From positions 1-62,141 of the IMG/VR virus record IMGVR_UViG_3300020057_000042: 62,141 nucleotides of DNA. The stretch is one strand, 5' to 3'. Source of the stretch: a virus. Lineage: Duplodnaviria > Caudoviricetes. Below the pieces are notes generated by a model. That model was given only the letters and a program-made list of their open reading frames with translations, was not told where the DNA came from and ran no database searches. The translations under genes were made by a program, and so were the position numbers. Shown here one piece after another: positions 28,536 to 38,163 of the stretch (the stretch's first letter is position 1; each line of letters opens with the position of its first letter).

Positions 28536-30830
28536 CTATTGCCCGGAAACGGTCCGGGTCACCGTTCGGCGCGTGCGCCGATTCTGACGCGGTACCGTGT
28601 TCCGTACCGCTAAATACCATCTACCGGCTGTAAGCACTATCGGCCGATGATCGGGACCTCCAGCGCGTCCCGTTTCCAGGTCTACAGCGTGGCGCACGGT
28701 GCCACGAACATAAACGGCCGATCCTACGCGCGCCACTTCCGTAGCGGTATGGGCTGTACCGTAGACAGCTAGATGCGTGCGAACCTTCTCCCGGTCCGCC
28801 CGTGCGCGCGCCGTATCCTGGACCGTTTCCGGCCGATACTTCCGGCGAGACTCGTCTAGCGCACGCGACCATAGCGCGCTAGCTGTATTCCCATACCGCG
28901 CGCGGTAATCGTCCCGTGCATGAGCGTTACAGGTATGGCCGTAGTTGTCGACGGAACCGCGTGCACCGATGCGTTCGAGTGATTCGCGCGCTATTTTCAC
29001 CGCGCGCGCCACGCTAGCGCGCCGATTCCGCGCGCTAGCAGTATTCGTGCAATAACTACCGCCGTTACCGCGCGGCATCCTTCCGAACACTGCTAGGCGC
29101 AGGGATGCGCGCGCTAGCGCTACTTCCCGCTCGTGGCGATCCCGTATCGTTGTCCAGCGAGCACGCGCGCCGTGCGCCGTAACGGGATGCGGCGGTACCG
29201 CTTGCATAGGCTTTACTTGTGTCGTGCGCTTCAATTCGTCCCGTTCCCTGCGCTGTATCTCCTCGAACGTATAGCGGGTCCGATTACAGGCTGTACCGCG
29301 CAGTCTTTCAATGGGGAAGTCTGCCGGTATCGGCGGGCAAGGGATGCCGATAGCGGCGCTACATCCCTCGCACGCCGTTAGCGCCGTAGCGCCGTAGCGC
29401 GCTATCTCGTCCGCATGGCGCGCCCGGAGCTCATCCCATAGCGCCCGATTAGCGGCGCGCGTTTCGGCACGCTGTACCGTGCGCGTTTCGGCACGTAGCG
29501 CCATCGGCCGGAAAGTATCGCGCCACAAGCGGCGCGCGTGCGCCGTTTCCCGTTTCCGTAGCGCCGTTTCCCGTTCCCGTGATATCGGCGCGCGGTAGGT
29601 GACTTCCCCTGCACGCGGTACAGCGCCACTGGACCACTGAGTGAAGCGGCCGAACGTAGCGCCACGTTCCACTAGATCATCGCGGTCCAGCGCCGTATCA
29701 ATCAAGAATATGTCACCTTGTCGGCGCACTTCTTTACCTGCGAGTAGCGCGGCATGAACGGCGCGCGGTGCGAGAGAATCAATAGCGCCGTCAACAGTCC
29801 GCGCACCCGTGCGCGGTACCTCACATAGAAAGTACAGTGGCGCGGGCTCGTGATAGTCAAATGAGGATAGATAGCGTGCGCGCCGACGGTAGACGATAAT
29901 CGCATCTAGTGCGTTTCCACAATGCACGCACTGCGCCGACGGTCCGGCTACATGCCTATCGGTGTCTGATGGCGCACACCAAGTGGAACGATCACCAGAT
30001 ACTGTCAGTGTGACGGTATCGCGCGCCGTATTCCGTTCAGACTCGAACGGTAGCGCCGTGCGCCGTTCCGTTACCTCCCGCTCGGCAGTGAAAAGCGCGT
30101 CACCTAGCCTATGTCGTGTTTCGGTCCAGCGATAGATTCCGTCGGCATCGGGGAGAGTATCGCGCTGTACCGTTTCGGTCCAGCGATACATACCGTCCGC
30201 ATCAGGGATAATCGGCATATGCCCCTTACCATTACCCTCACTCGCGGTACGCTCACGCCACAACCATCGGTCCGATGCAGGCACCCCGTTTCGCTCATTA
30301 CCGCCGATGTAGCGTGATTCTAGAACATCGTCTAACGGGTCCAGCGTGCGCGAGAATCGCGGTACCTGCGCGCCGTATGTCCTGCGCCATCGCGGCAGCT
30401 CGCCTAGCGTGCGCCGTTCCACCGTTTCCTCAAACGTGATATCGGGTCGCACGTGCAGGGGCCGGATAGAGTCTAAGAGCATCCCCGCGCCGTCTAGCGC
30501 GCTAAACGGTAAGACAAGCGCATCTAGTCCGGTTGCCAGGATAGCGGCGCGCGTGATTGACTGATGCTCCGGCGTGCGCGTGCGAGAGCCGCCCCACCTA
30601 TCACCGTTTATCACGAACAGTGGCGGCCGCCTAGTATCGTCGTTCACCCGATACGTGCGAGGGATGAAATGGAAGAGCGGAAAGTGTCGGCCGTAGCTGT
30701 AAGCGGTACGGCGCGCTACGTCACCCTCAACGCGACCGTTAGCGTATTCGCGCACGGGTCCCGCGGTACCGGACACAAGTGCAGCGATGGTATCCCGTAT
30801 CGTGCGTTCGTCTAGGTCTATGACGCGCAT
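28536..30830 (-). CDS. Large early protein of unknown function (764 aa)
   Basis: Long ORF; YSYGRHFPL, YFLCEVP and RRQGDIF motifs; R/A/T-rich, K/Q-poor. Confidence 0.75.
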   Translation of the reverse strand: MRVIDLDERTIRDTIAALVSGTAGPVREYANGRVEGDVARRTAYSYGRHFPLFHFIPRTYRVNDDTRRPPLFVINGDRWGGSRTRTPEHQSITRAAILATGLDALVLPFSALDGAGMLLDSIRPLHVRPDITFEETVERRTLGELPRWRRTYGAQVPRFSRTLDPLDDVLESRYIGGNERNGVPASDRWLWRERTASEGNGKGHMPIIPDADGMYRWTETVQRDTLPDADGIYRWTETRHRLGDALFTAEREVTERRTALPFESERNTARDTVTLTVSGDRSTWCAPSDTDRHVAGPSAQCVHCGNALDAIIVYRRRARYLSSFDYHEPAPLYFLCEVPRTGARTVDGAIDSLAPRAVHAALLAGKEVRRQGDIFLIDTALDRDDLVERGATFGRFTQWSSGAVPRAGEVTYRAPISRERETALRKRETAHARRLWRDTFRPMALRAETRTVQRAETRAANRALWDELRARHADEIARYGATALTACEGCSAAIGIPCPPIPADFPIERLRGTACNRTRYTFEEIQRRERDELKRTTQVKPMQAVPPHPVTAHGARARWTTIRDRHEREVALARASLRLAVFGRMPRGNGGSYCTNTASARNRRASVARAVKIARESLERIGARGSVDNYGHTCNAHARDDYRARYGNTASALWSRALDESRRKYRPETVQDTARARADREKVRTHLAVYGTAHTATEVARVGSAVYVRGTVRHAVDLETGRAGGPDHRPIVLTAGRWYLAVRNTVPRQNRRTRRTVTRTVSGQ

Positions 30831-31845
30831 TATGAATCACTCCCTGTGATAAACGGTAGGGCGATAGGTTCCGGCCGATTACTACCCTGGCGGGTTATAT
30901 CCCGTGCGCCGATATAGACGAGTGAGAATCCTGTAGCAGTAGCTTCTATCTCCCATACTGCGCTCGGAGGTAGGTTTCCACCTAGCAGCGCGGGGATAAC
31001 GACGGTATGAGTCCCGTGCTTATCGCTGGCGCGCCTAGATGTCGTTTTCATCGTGAATCACTCCCCGACTGTCGACTGACCTGCGCGTTGCAACCATCTA
31101 GGGTGAGGGTAAGCCAATAGGCGCGCGCCTCTTCAATCGTGGCGAAACGCTTAGAAACGAGATACGCACCTAGCTCCTCTTCCCATACGTCAACGGTAAA
31201 CGGGAACACTTCACTCATCGGATCATCACCCCTAGTCCAGCTAGAAGGATAAGAGGTACGCCTGCTACCGCTATCAGGATTACCAGATAATCGGTGACAG
31301 TCATACCTTTACCGAGTAGCCTGCACGAACACTATGGTCGCATGACCCATACAGAGTGAAGGAATCGCAGGTCCCATCCTCCGAGCATCCCTCATAAGCC
31401 ACGAGCGCTGCGCGCGCATTCTTGCGCCGCGCTAGCAGGGATAGCCGGTACGTATCGGCCGCCGTGCGCCTAGCAGCGATACAGATAGCTGCACGGTACG
31501 CATCGTCCCATGCTTGCCGATCCGCGGCCGTCCAGGTGAGACGAGACAACGCTACAGGGGACAACGCTCGGCCCGTCCCTCGCTCCGTCGCTGCGCCCTT
31601 ACTCTTACCAGTCATGCTGTAACCTCTCCTTCTTCCGCTATGTCATGGCAAACATGTGCAGCCAGGGCGATGTCAATCCCCGGATCATCGTCGTCTAGGT
31701 GGCGCATCGTCCGCAAGTCAAACAAGAGCGCGGACGCTTTGCGCAGGATATCCCTCTCGCCCCGAGACAGAACGACTGACGCAAGATCCCGGTCACCCAT
31801 GTAGTAGTTCATTTCCACGGGGTATCTCCTCATATCGGGGGACAA
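30830..31845 (-). CDS. Five small coupled early genes (30830-31051, 31048-31218, 31215-31304 TM peptide, 31301-31615, 31612-31845)
   Basis: ATGA-type stop/start overlaps throughout. Confidence 0.55.
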
Positions 31846-31955
31846 AGCACTTACAGGGAAGGAGTACCTTTACACTTTCGGGCTGGCGCACGTGCCTACC
31901 CTAATCGAGACTCCGGCTACGCTCACTAGCCGATTTTCCCTGCAAGTCGTGCCCG

Positions 31956-31983
31956 AGTATACATAAACGTGCGCACGATACAA
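31956..31983 (-). promoter_or_regulatory. Promoter TTGTAT-N16-TATACT with palindrome CGTGCGCACG in the spacer
   Basis: Head of the leftward early operon. Confidence 0.6.
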
Positions 31984-32449
31984 GGGTGAAGGGTGAAACC
32001 TAGACTAAAGGCTAGGTTCCCAGTGAACGTGAAGAAGAGAAGGGAACGTGAGAGAGAAGAGAAGGGAGAAGGAGAACGAAGGGAACAGGGGAGCAGGGGA
32101 ACGAGAAAGGCAAGCGAGGGAAGAAGAGAACGTACCCCGCCCCGCTCCCATCTTCCCTCGTTCCCTTGCCTGAGCTTCCAGCATCCTCCGAACCATCTAA
32201 CGGGAACCGGCCGCAGACACCTGGAAACGGCTAATACAAGCCGTTTCCAGGGGATGGCTCCTACCGGAGAGGCCCCCCATCCCCGGGGGAGCGCACGTCT
32301 CCTCTCTGATTGGTTTTGTTGCCTGGGTTTTTTGTTTTGGGGAGGTGCTTTTGGGGGGTTGTGGTTGGTGCAGGGTTGTCGCCACGATTCGGGCGGTTGT
32401 ATGACAGGGGTGTGTGCTGTTGTCGGCGTTTGTCTGCTATTGTCTGACA

Positions 32450-32731
32450 ATGTCTGACAGGGCTAGGTTGTCTGCGAGGGTTGATGCGGAGGTGATGCTT
32501 CGTGTTGTGGAGCGGGCAAAACGGGAGGGGCGGACTGTGTCGAACATGATTGAGCGGTTGCTGTTGTTGTCGTTGAACGGAGGTGGCGGGAAGCCGTCTT
32601 CCAGTGGGACGGGAGCAGGTTCGAGTCCTGCGTCTGGCTCGCCGCCTCCGTTGAGCGACAATCCTTTTCCTCGGTCTGGTGTGTTGCAACCGGCCGCTCG
32701 TGAGTTCAAGCCTGATCCGAAGAAGGGATAG
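32450..32731 (+). CDS. Ribbon-helix-helix regulator (probably leaderless)
   Basis: RLSARVDAEVMLRVVERAKREGRTVSNMIERLL; tandem TGTCTGACA boxes at the start. Confidence 0.7.
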   Translation: MSDRARLSARVDAEVMLRVVERAKREGRTVSNMIERLLLLSLNGGGGKPSSSGTGAGSSPASGSPPPLSDNPFPRSGVLQPAAREFKPDPKKG

Positions 32732-32749
32732 TGGTGTACGATCTCGGGC

Positions 32750-33328
32750 GTGACTGCGGAGTCGAAAGGATCGTTGTGGTTGCACGATCGGAAGACGTGC
32801 GACTGTGTGCGTTGCAAGGGGTTTCAGGTGGGTAACAAGCTGTCTCCTGGTGCGACTCCCAAGCATGGGGCTTTGCAGTCGCCGCTGATGTTGGCTCCTG
32901 ATGCGGAGAAGATCGCGTTGACGGTGAGGCCGTTGATGCCGGTGAAGTCGCCTGCTTTCGAGGGGACGCTTCAGGCGTACTGCATTCTCTTGGCTCGGTT
33001 GCAGCGGGCCCACAAGGCGTTGGAGGACGAGCAGGTTTTGCGGGATCAGGCTTTGGAGGACGATTCGGAGCGGGAACCGAAGCTCGGGTATCTGGCGGAG
33101 GAGATGCGCAGGTGGATGGCGTCGGCGTTGAAGCACGCAACGGCTTTGGGGTTGACGCCTGCGTCGGCTGCTTCGATTCTCAGGGACACGACAGGAGGGC
33201 ATCCTGAAACGCATCGTCCCTGGTCGCAGGAGGAACTGGGGCAGTTGTCGACGGCGAAGTTGCGGGAACTGAGGGACGCGATGAACAGGGCTTTGATTCC
33301 CGACGACTTCATTGACATGGAGGACTAG
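32750..33328 (+). CDS. Terminase small subunit
   Basis: FQVGN..KHG N-terminus and LGLTPASAA motif; upstream of TerL. Confidence 0.65.
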   Translation: MTAESKGSLWLHDRKTCDCVRCKGFQVGNKLSPGATPKHGALQSPLMLAPDAEKIALTVRPLMPVKSPAFEGTLQAYCILLARLQRAHKALEDEQVLRDQALEDDSEREPKLGYLAEEMRRWMASALKHATALGLTPASAASILRDTTGGHPETHRPWSQEELGQLSTAKLRELRDAMNRALIPDDFIDMED

Positions 33329-34299
33329 GTGAGGGGGAGCGGACGAAGCCGAATGAGGTGGCCCTGGTCGTGCCAACACGTATGGGTGACAGGAACCATG
33401 AGCGGAGGCGAGCGCGTCAAAATCTGCTCTCTTTGCGACCGAGCCAAATACATCTGTGAGTTTCACCCGTATGGACCCCGGAATGGCCCCGTCATCTTGA
33501 CTGCACGCTGTAGTTGCCCGAGATCAACCCCAACGTTCGCGGCGGATGATCCCCAAATGGATATGGAGGAGGTGTGATGAGAGAGGGGCGTAAGGTTATG
33601 GTGCGCGGGGAGATCCCGCGACGGCGTAGTCAGTTGCCCATGAAACAACCGCGCCCCTCTCTGATCGCACTGACTGCCAGCGGGAACGCATGAATGCGCA
33701 GTCTCAGTTGCGCTCTCGCGGCGACCGCATGAGCGTTACTCGTGACCGCGAGATCCGCGTCACGTTTCGCAGTGATGATGAGACAGCGGAACGGATTCAG
33801 GACTACATGGAGATCGCTGTTACCGCCCTCACTATGCCGACGAGGGAAACGGCGAGCGCACTGTTCTCCATTGGGGCGGAGGCCGTCGTCAATGCTGCCC
33901 GACGCGAACCCGAGGACGCGGTATGAGAGTCAGCACCGATCCGTCTTGCATCCCTGACAGAACTGCGCCTGCGATCACCGTTCATGCGTTGAAGGAGAAC
34001 AAGCGTCCGATCGGGTTCGCTCCCTGGCCCGAGCCTGCGAAGCCGAAGAGAGCGCGGAAGAAGAAAGCGCCACCGAAGGACGCAGGCGTGTGAGCACTTG
34101 CGAATGTGACATCTGCGACTTCTGCATCCACTACGCCTTCAACGGCTTGGATGGCAACAACAGCATCTATACGGGCGACGGCCGGTGTCTGCACCCCGAG
34201 CATCCTGGCCCGCGAGATCCTAGCGACGGCTGTCCCGACTTCGAGTGTTCCATCTGCCCAATTCTCGATCAAACCGTCGAGGTCATCCGTGAGGACTGA
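33329..34299 (+). CDS. Several small hypothetical genes between TerS and TerL
   Basis: Coupled short, partly Cys-rich ORFs (33329-33577, 33729-33926, 33923-34093, 34090-34299). Confidence 0.45.
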
Positions 34300-35902
34300 C
34301 TCTCCGTTCGGTACGCCGGAGACGAAAGAACAGATCGAGGAGACATTGGCTTCGATCGAAGCGGTGCTGGAGAAGAAGGAGCGCGAAGACCGGATCTTCG
34401 AGGAGTCCCATGCGTTGAGCATGGACTTCAAGGCGTTCATCTTGGAAGCATGGAAGGAGTTGGAGCCGCTCAACCTGTTTATGGACAACTGGCACATCGA
34501 CGCTATCGTCGAGCATCTGACGCAAGTGTCGATGAACAACATCAAGCGCCTCCAAATCTGGGTGCCTCCAGGCTCGGCAAAATCCAGTCTCGTCTCGGTG
34601 CTCTGGCCCGCTTGGGAGTGGACACACGATCCTGCGCTTCGCTACTGGACCGGCTCGTATGACATTCGCCTCAGCCAGCAGTTTGCGGCTGCTTCACGGA
34701 ACCTGATGCTGTCCGACTGGTATCAGGAACGGTGGGGGCTGATGTTCAAGCTGATGAAGAAGCATGAGGCGTGGATCACAAACGACCAGGGCGGACACCG
34801 GCTCGCCACCTCACCCGAGTCGTCAGGCACAGGCGTGCACGGCCACAGGATCCTCCTGGACGACGCCCTCAACGCCCTCGACGCCTCGGCCACCACACGG
34901 GCGATCTTGGACCGCACGAACACATGGTATTCGGAGTCGCTCGCCACCCGAGGTCTTCCAGGGTATGCGGAAGTCATCATCATGCAGCGCCTCCACGAAA
35001 GCGACGTTGCCGCCCACGCCCTGTCTTTTGCTGACAACTGGGAGGTGCTGTGCTTGCCCGAAGTCTACGAGAAGAAGCATCCGTTCGCCTGGAAAGGCGA
35101 CCCCAGGAAAGAAGGCGAGTTGATGTGGCCCGAGAGGCGTGACGTGGCCGAACACAAAACGCTCGTGCGCAAACTCGGGAAGAGCAAAGCAGCAGGCCAG
35201 TTGCAGCAACGACCTGCCGCACGCGAAGGAACGATCATCCCCAGGTCGGACTGGCGCTTCTTCCCTCCTGCTTTTTTGGATGCAGCAGAAGGCGGTGACG
35301 TGTCGAAGCTGCCCAGGTTTCGTTCCATCGTCATCTCCTGGGACACGACTTTCAAGGACAAGTCAACTTCCGACTATGTGGCCGGAGGAGTGTGGGGGAT
35401 CAACGGCGCAGACAGATACCTGCTCCGAGTGTTCCACCAGCGTGCCTCTCTGTCAGTGACGAAGCGAGCGATGATCGAGATGCGGCAGTGGTGTGCGAAG
35501 CGCTGGCCGACGATCCCCACACGCATCCTGATCGAGAAGTCAGCGAACGGAGTCGAGATCATCAACCAGTTGAAACGCGAGATCCCCGGTGTGATCCCCT
35601 ATGTCGCATCGAACGACAAGATCACGCGAGCGGAAGCGTGCGAACCCGACTTCAACAGCCACAACGTCTTCGTCCCCGGCGTCCAGAGAGCCGACATGAC
35701 TGACTACGACTCCCAAGGCACCCCCGCCTGGGTGCAGGAACTGATCGAACAATGCAGTTCGTTCCCCCTTGCCCCCCACGACGATCTCGTGGACATGGTC
35801 ACGATGGCCCTCAACTACGCGAGGACGAAAAGCCATTCGGGAATGCGAACGTCGTCCGCTTTGCGTGGTATAAGCCGCCCCGTCATCCCAATCCGTCGAT
35901 AG
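34289..35902 (+). CDS. terL: Terminase large subunit
   Basis: Walker A PPGSAKS, Walker B ILLDD, IMQRLHESD, ISWDT and HDDLVD; likely start GTG 34289. Confidence 0.95.
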   Translation: MRTDSPFGTPETKEQIEETLASIEAVLEKKEREDRIFEESHALSMDFKAFILEAWKELEPLNLFMDNWHIDAIVEHLTQVSMNNIKRLQIWVPPGSAKSSLVSVLWPAWEWTHDPALRYWTGSYDIRLSQQFAAASRNLMLSDWYQERWGLMFKLMKKHEAWITNDQGGHRLATSPESSGTGVHGHRILLDDALNALDASATTRAILDRTNTWYSESLATRGLPGYAEVIIMQRLHESDVAAHALSFADNWEVLCLPEVYEKKHPFAWKGDPRKEGELMWPERRDVAEHKTLVRKLGKSKAAGQLQQRPAAREGTIIPRSDWRFFPPAFLDAAEGGDVSKLPRFRSIVISWDTTFKDKSTSDYVAGGVWGINGADRYLLRVFHQRASLSVTKRAMIEMRQWCAKRWPTIPTRILIEKSANGVEIINQLKREIPGVIPYVASNDKITRAEACEPDFNSHNVFVPGVQRADMTDYDSQGTPAWVQELIEQCSSFPLAPHDDLVDMVTMALNYARTKSHSGMRTSSALRGISRPVIPIRR

Positions 35903-35924
35903 CCCCTATAGAGAAGGACAGGAT

Positions 35925-36224
35925 TTGGCGATCACGAAGGCGCGCTCCCTGCATCGCGACGACATCCGCTGCGACAAGTGCGGCAACGTCCGAACCGTTG
36001 ACACCCGACAAGCACGACGGTGGCGGGAAGGGCACATCGCAGGGACATGCATCACCTGCCGGGGCGGTTCGGCAACGAGAGTCTGCAAGGACGGCCACCT
36101 TGCCTTCTGGCTCACCGCCTACGGAGTGAAAGTGCCTCGGGGCAAAGCACGGGAGATCATTACCGCTGGCGGTACACCCCCCGAACTCGTCCAACTGGCA
36201 AAAGACGTATGGGGCGACGACTGA
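35925..36224 (+). CDS. Zn-binding hypothetical protein
   Basis: CDKC..CITC. Confidence 0.5.
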   Translation: MAITKARSLHRDDIRCDKCGNVRTVDTRQARRWREGHIAGTCITCRGGSATRVCKDGHLAFWLTAYGVKVPRGKAREIITAGGTPPELVQLAKDVWGDD

Positions 36225-36228
36225 CCAT

Positions 36229-36263
36229 TTGACATTCGTGCGCACGAAATGTAAGGTGCGCAC
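36229..36263 (+). promoter_or_regulatory. Promoter TTGACA-N17-TAAGGT with operator palindromes TTCGTGCGCACGAA and GTGCGCAC
   Basis: Leaderless ATG at 36264. Confidence 0.75.
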
Positions 36264-36401
36264 ATGGCAAAGAAAGAGTCAACCGTCAACGTCCGTGCCT
36301 CCCTTGAAGAGAAGGCACTGTGGAAGCAGCACGCCCCCTACGGGCAGTTGTCCCGGTGGATACGCAGGCTGATCGACGCCGAGATCGCGAGACAGAAGTG
36401 A
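36264..36401 (+). CDS. 45-aa ribbon-helix-helix protein
   Basis: MAKKESTVNVRASLEEKALWKQHAPYGQLSRWIRRLIDAEIARQK; below the ORF-track cutoff. Confidence 0.65.
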   Translation: MAKKESTVNVRASLEEKALWKQHAPYGQLSRWIRRLIDAEIARQK

Positions 36402-37087
36402 TCTCCATACTCATTCCCGTGCTTGCGCGCCCACAGAACGCCAAGCCTGTCGTCGACTCGATCCGGGCGCACACCACCGTCGAACACGAGATCATTTTCA
36501 TCTGCTCACGAGGAGACGTAGCGCAGATCAATGCGTGCTACGACACAGCCGCTTCCATCGTGGTGACGACATGGGAGGCAGGTCCGGGTGACGCAGCGAA
36601 GAAATGGAACCTCGGCTTCGCCCACAGCAAAGGAGAGTTTGTCTTCTGCGCCGCCGACGATGTCGAGTTCACCCCCGGATGGGACACCGAAGCGTTGAGG
36701 GTGGCCGAGAGCACAGGCGCGTCAGTAATAGGGACGAACGATGACGCCAACCCCCTCGTCAAGAGAGGGAAGCACTCGACGCACACGATGGTCAGACGCT
36801 CCTATGTCGAGGAACACGGCTTGACGTGGGACAACATTCCCGGCCTGATCTACTGCGAGGAGTACGACCACCAGAGCATCGACCAGGAACTCGTTCACCT
36901 AGCTAGAGAGCGAGGCATCTGGGCGTTCGCTCGCAACTCGGTGGTGAAGCACAATCACCCGTTTTACAACAAGGCGGTACGCCGCGATTCAACGTACGAC
37001 AAAGCCCTCGCGCACGGCCACGAAGACCTAATGCTGTTCAGGGAGAGGCTTCGTACTCTCTCACCCTCTTCGCGACGGCCTCGGTAG
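36398..37087 (+). CDS. Glycosyltransferase, GT-A/GT2
   Basis: ISILIPV, WNLG..GEFVFCAADD and VKHNHP. Confidence 0.85.
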   Translation: MISILIPVLARPQNAKPVVDSIRAHTTVEHEIIFICSRGDVAQINACYDTAASIVVTTWEAGPGDAAKKWNLGFAHSKGEFVFCAADDVEFTPGWDTEALRVAESTGASVIGTNDDANPLVKRGKHSTHTMVRRSYVEEHGLTWDNIPGLIYCEEYDHQSIDQELVHLARERGIWAFARNSVVKHNHPFYNKAVRRDSTYDKALAHGHEDLMLFRERLRTLSPSSRRPR

Positions 37088-37702
37088 ACCTTCGGGCATC
37101 GGAACAGACTTCCAATGTCTACCGTTCAGAATGCGACCCATGGCACCGTCTGTGATCCCAAACCGATTGGCAACCTCGCGGATGCTGATGTCGGTAGAAG
37201 CATACAAGGCGCGGGCTGCAACGACCCCCTCAACGGTCATTTTCGATTTAGGGTTGTCTTCGCCGTATCTGGGTTTGTTCCGACCCAACTTCCAGGCTCG
37301 ACTAGCGTTGGCGGCGTGTGTATCGGCGTAGAGATGGGCCGGGTTCACGCACGGCGGGTTGTCGCAGGAATGGCAGACTTCTTTGCCATCGGGAACGGGG
37401 CCGTGGTTAATGACGAAGCAGTACCTATGCGCCCCCACGAGGCGATTGCTTCCGCTTTGTCGCTTCGTCCCATCCCAGAAAACCCCATATCCATCTTGGT
37501 TGATGCGACCTGTATAGAGCCAACAAGCATCGTCATCTCCCCTGTCTACTCGCGCCCAGAATCTTTCTGGAACAGTGAGGCCGTAAAGACGAGAACCTGG
37601 ATTGTGGGGATCGCCCAATCTCTTCCACCGCTGATTGTGCAAGCGGCAATACTTGTTGGCATAAAACGGTTTCTCGCAGCCCTCGATAGAACACTTTTTC
37701 AT
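37061..37702 (-). CDS. HNH homing endonuclease with C-terminal HTH
   Basis: RFWARV..CWLYTG..CHSCDNPPCVNPAHL; TATACT -10 just upstream. Confidence 0.9.
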   Translation of the reverse strand: MKKCSIEGCEKPFYANKYCRLHNQRWKRLGDPHNPGSRLYGLTVPERFWARVDRGDDDACWLYTGRINQDGYGVFWDGTKRQSGSNRLVGAHRYCFVINHGPVPDGKEVCHSCDNPPCVNPAHLYADTHAANASRAWKLGRNKPRYGEDNPKSKMTVEGVVAARALYASTDISIREVANRFGITDGAMGRILNGRHWKSVPMPEGLPRPSRRG

Positions 37703-37721
37703 CAGTTTAGTATACTTGAAG

Positions 37722-37750
37722 TTGACGAAAACGCGGAACGGTGATATAAG
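37722..37750 (+). promoter_or_regulatory. Promoter TTGACG-N17-TATAAG with ACGGTGA before the -10
   Basis: Drives the plus-strand modular array. Confidence 0.7.
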
Positions 37751-37797
37751 TTGTCCAACCGAAGACAATGGAACGCCTCACTAAGGAGTGGAGCACG

Positions 37798-38163
37798 ATG
37801 ACCGATCTACCGCTGACCTCCCCCGACATCGACGCCCTTGCCGACAAAGTGCGGCGCGCATGGGTTCAAGCACCCCTGTTCAGTGGCCTCTGTGTGCAGA
37901 AACTATTCAAGAGCTACGTCAACGAGGCCGAGCCTGCCCTCGATGACCTGGTCGCCATCGCGAAGGACGCGGCGGAGCGTGCCGAGCGAGCAGAACGCGA
38001 GCGGGACGCGGTGCATGTACGTCTTTGCGAGGAACGTGGCCGCGTGGCAGCGCCCCAACCCGAAGCGGTACGCAACTGGCACACAGACGGCGAGTACCAC
38101 GCGAGGTACGAAAGAACACGCCGCGCTGCCCTCGCTTCCCACGACACGAAGGAGGGAACATGA
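37798..38163 (+). CDS. Modular coiled-coil protein
   Basis: DIDALADKVR, DLVAIAK, ERAERAERERD and ALASHDTKEGT blocks. Confidence 0.7.
   Translation: MTDLPLTSPDIDALADKVRRAWVQAPLFSGLCVQKLFKSYVNEAEPALDDLVAIAKDAAERAERAERERDAVHVRLCEERGRVAAPQPEAVRNWHTDGEYHARYERTRRAALASHDTKEGT

Noticed and set aside
32575-32645. tRNA suggested by a perfect T-arm GCAGGTTCGAGTCCTGC (32615-32631)
   Set aside because: No convincing acceptor stem or D-arm and an irregular anticodon loop; at most a relic inside the RHH ORF tail (tRNAscan/ARAGORN would settle it)
32261-33466. 401-aa minus-strand ORF
   Set aside because: Antisense shadow of the RHH and TerS genes in skewed GC-rich DNA; no motifs
34106-34288. N-terminal extension of TerL in the ORF track
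   Set aside because: It overlaps a credible Cys-rich gene (34090-34299); GTG 34289 is the more plausible start
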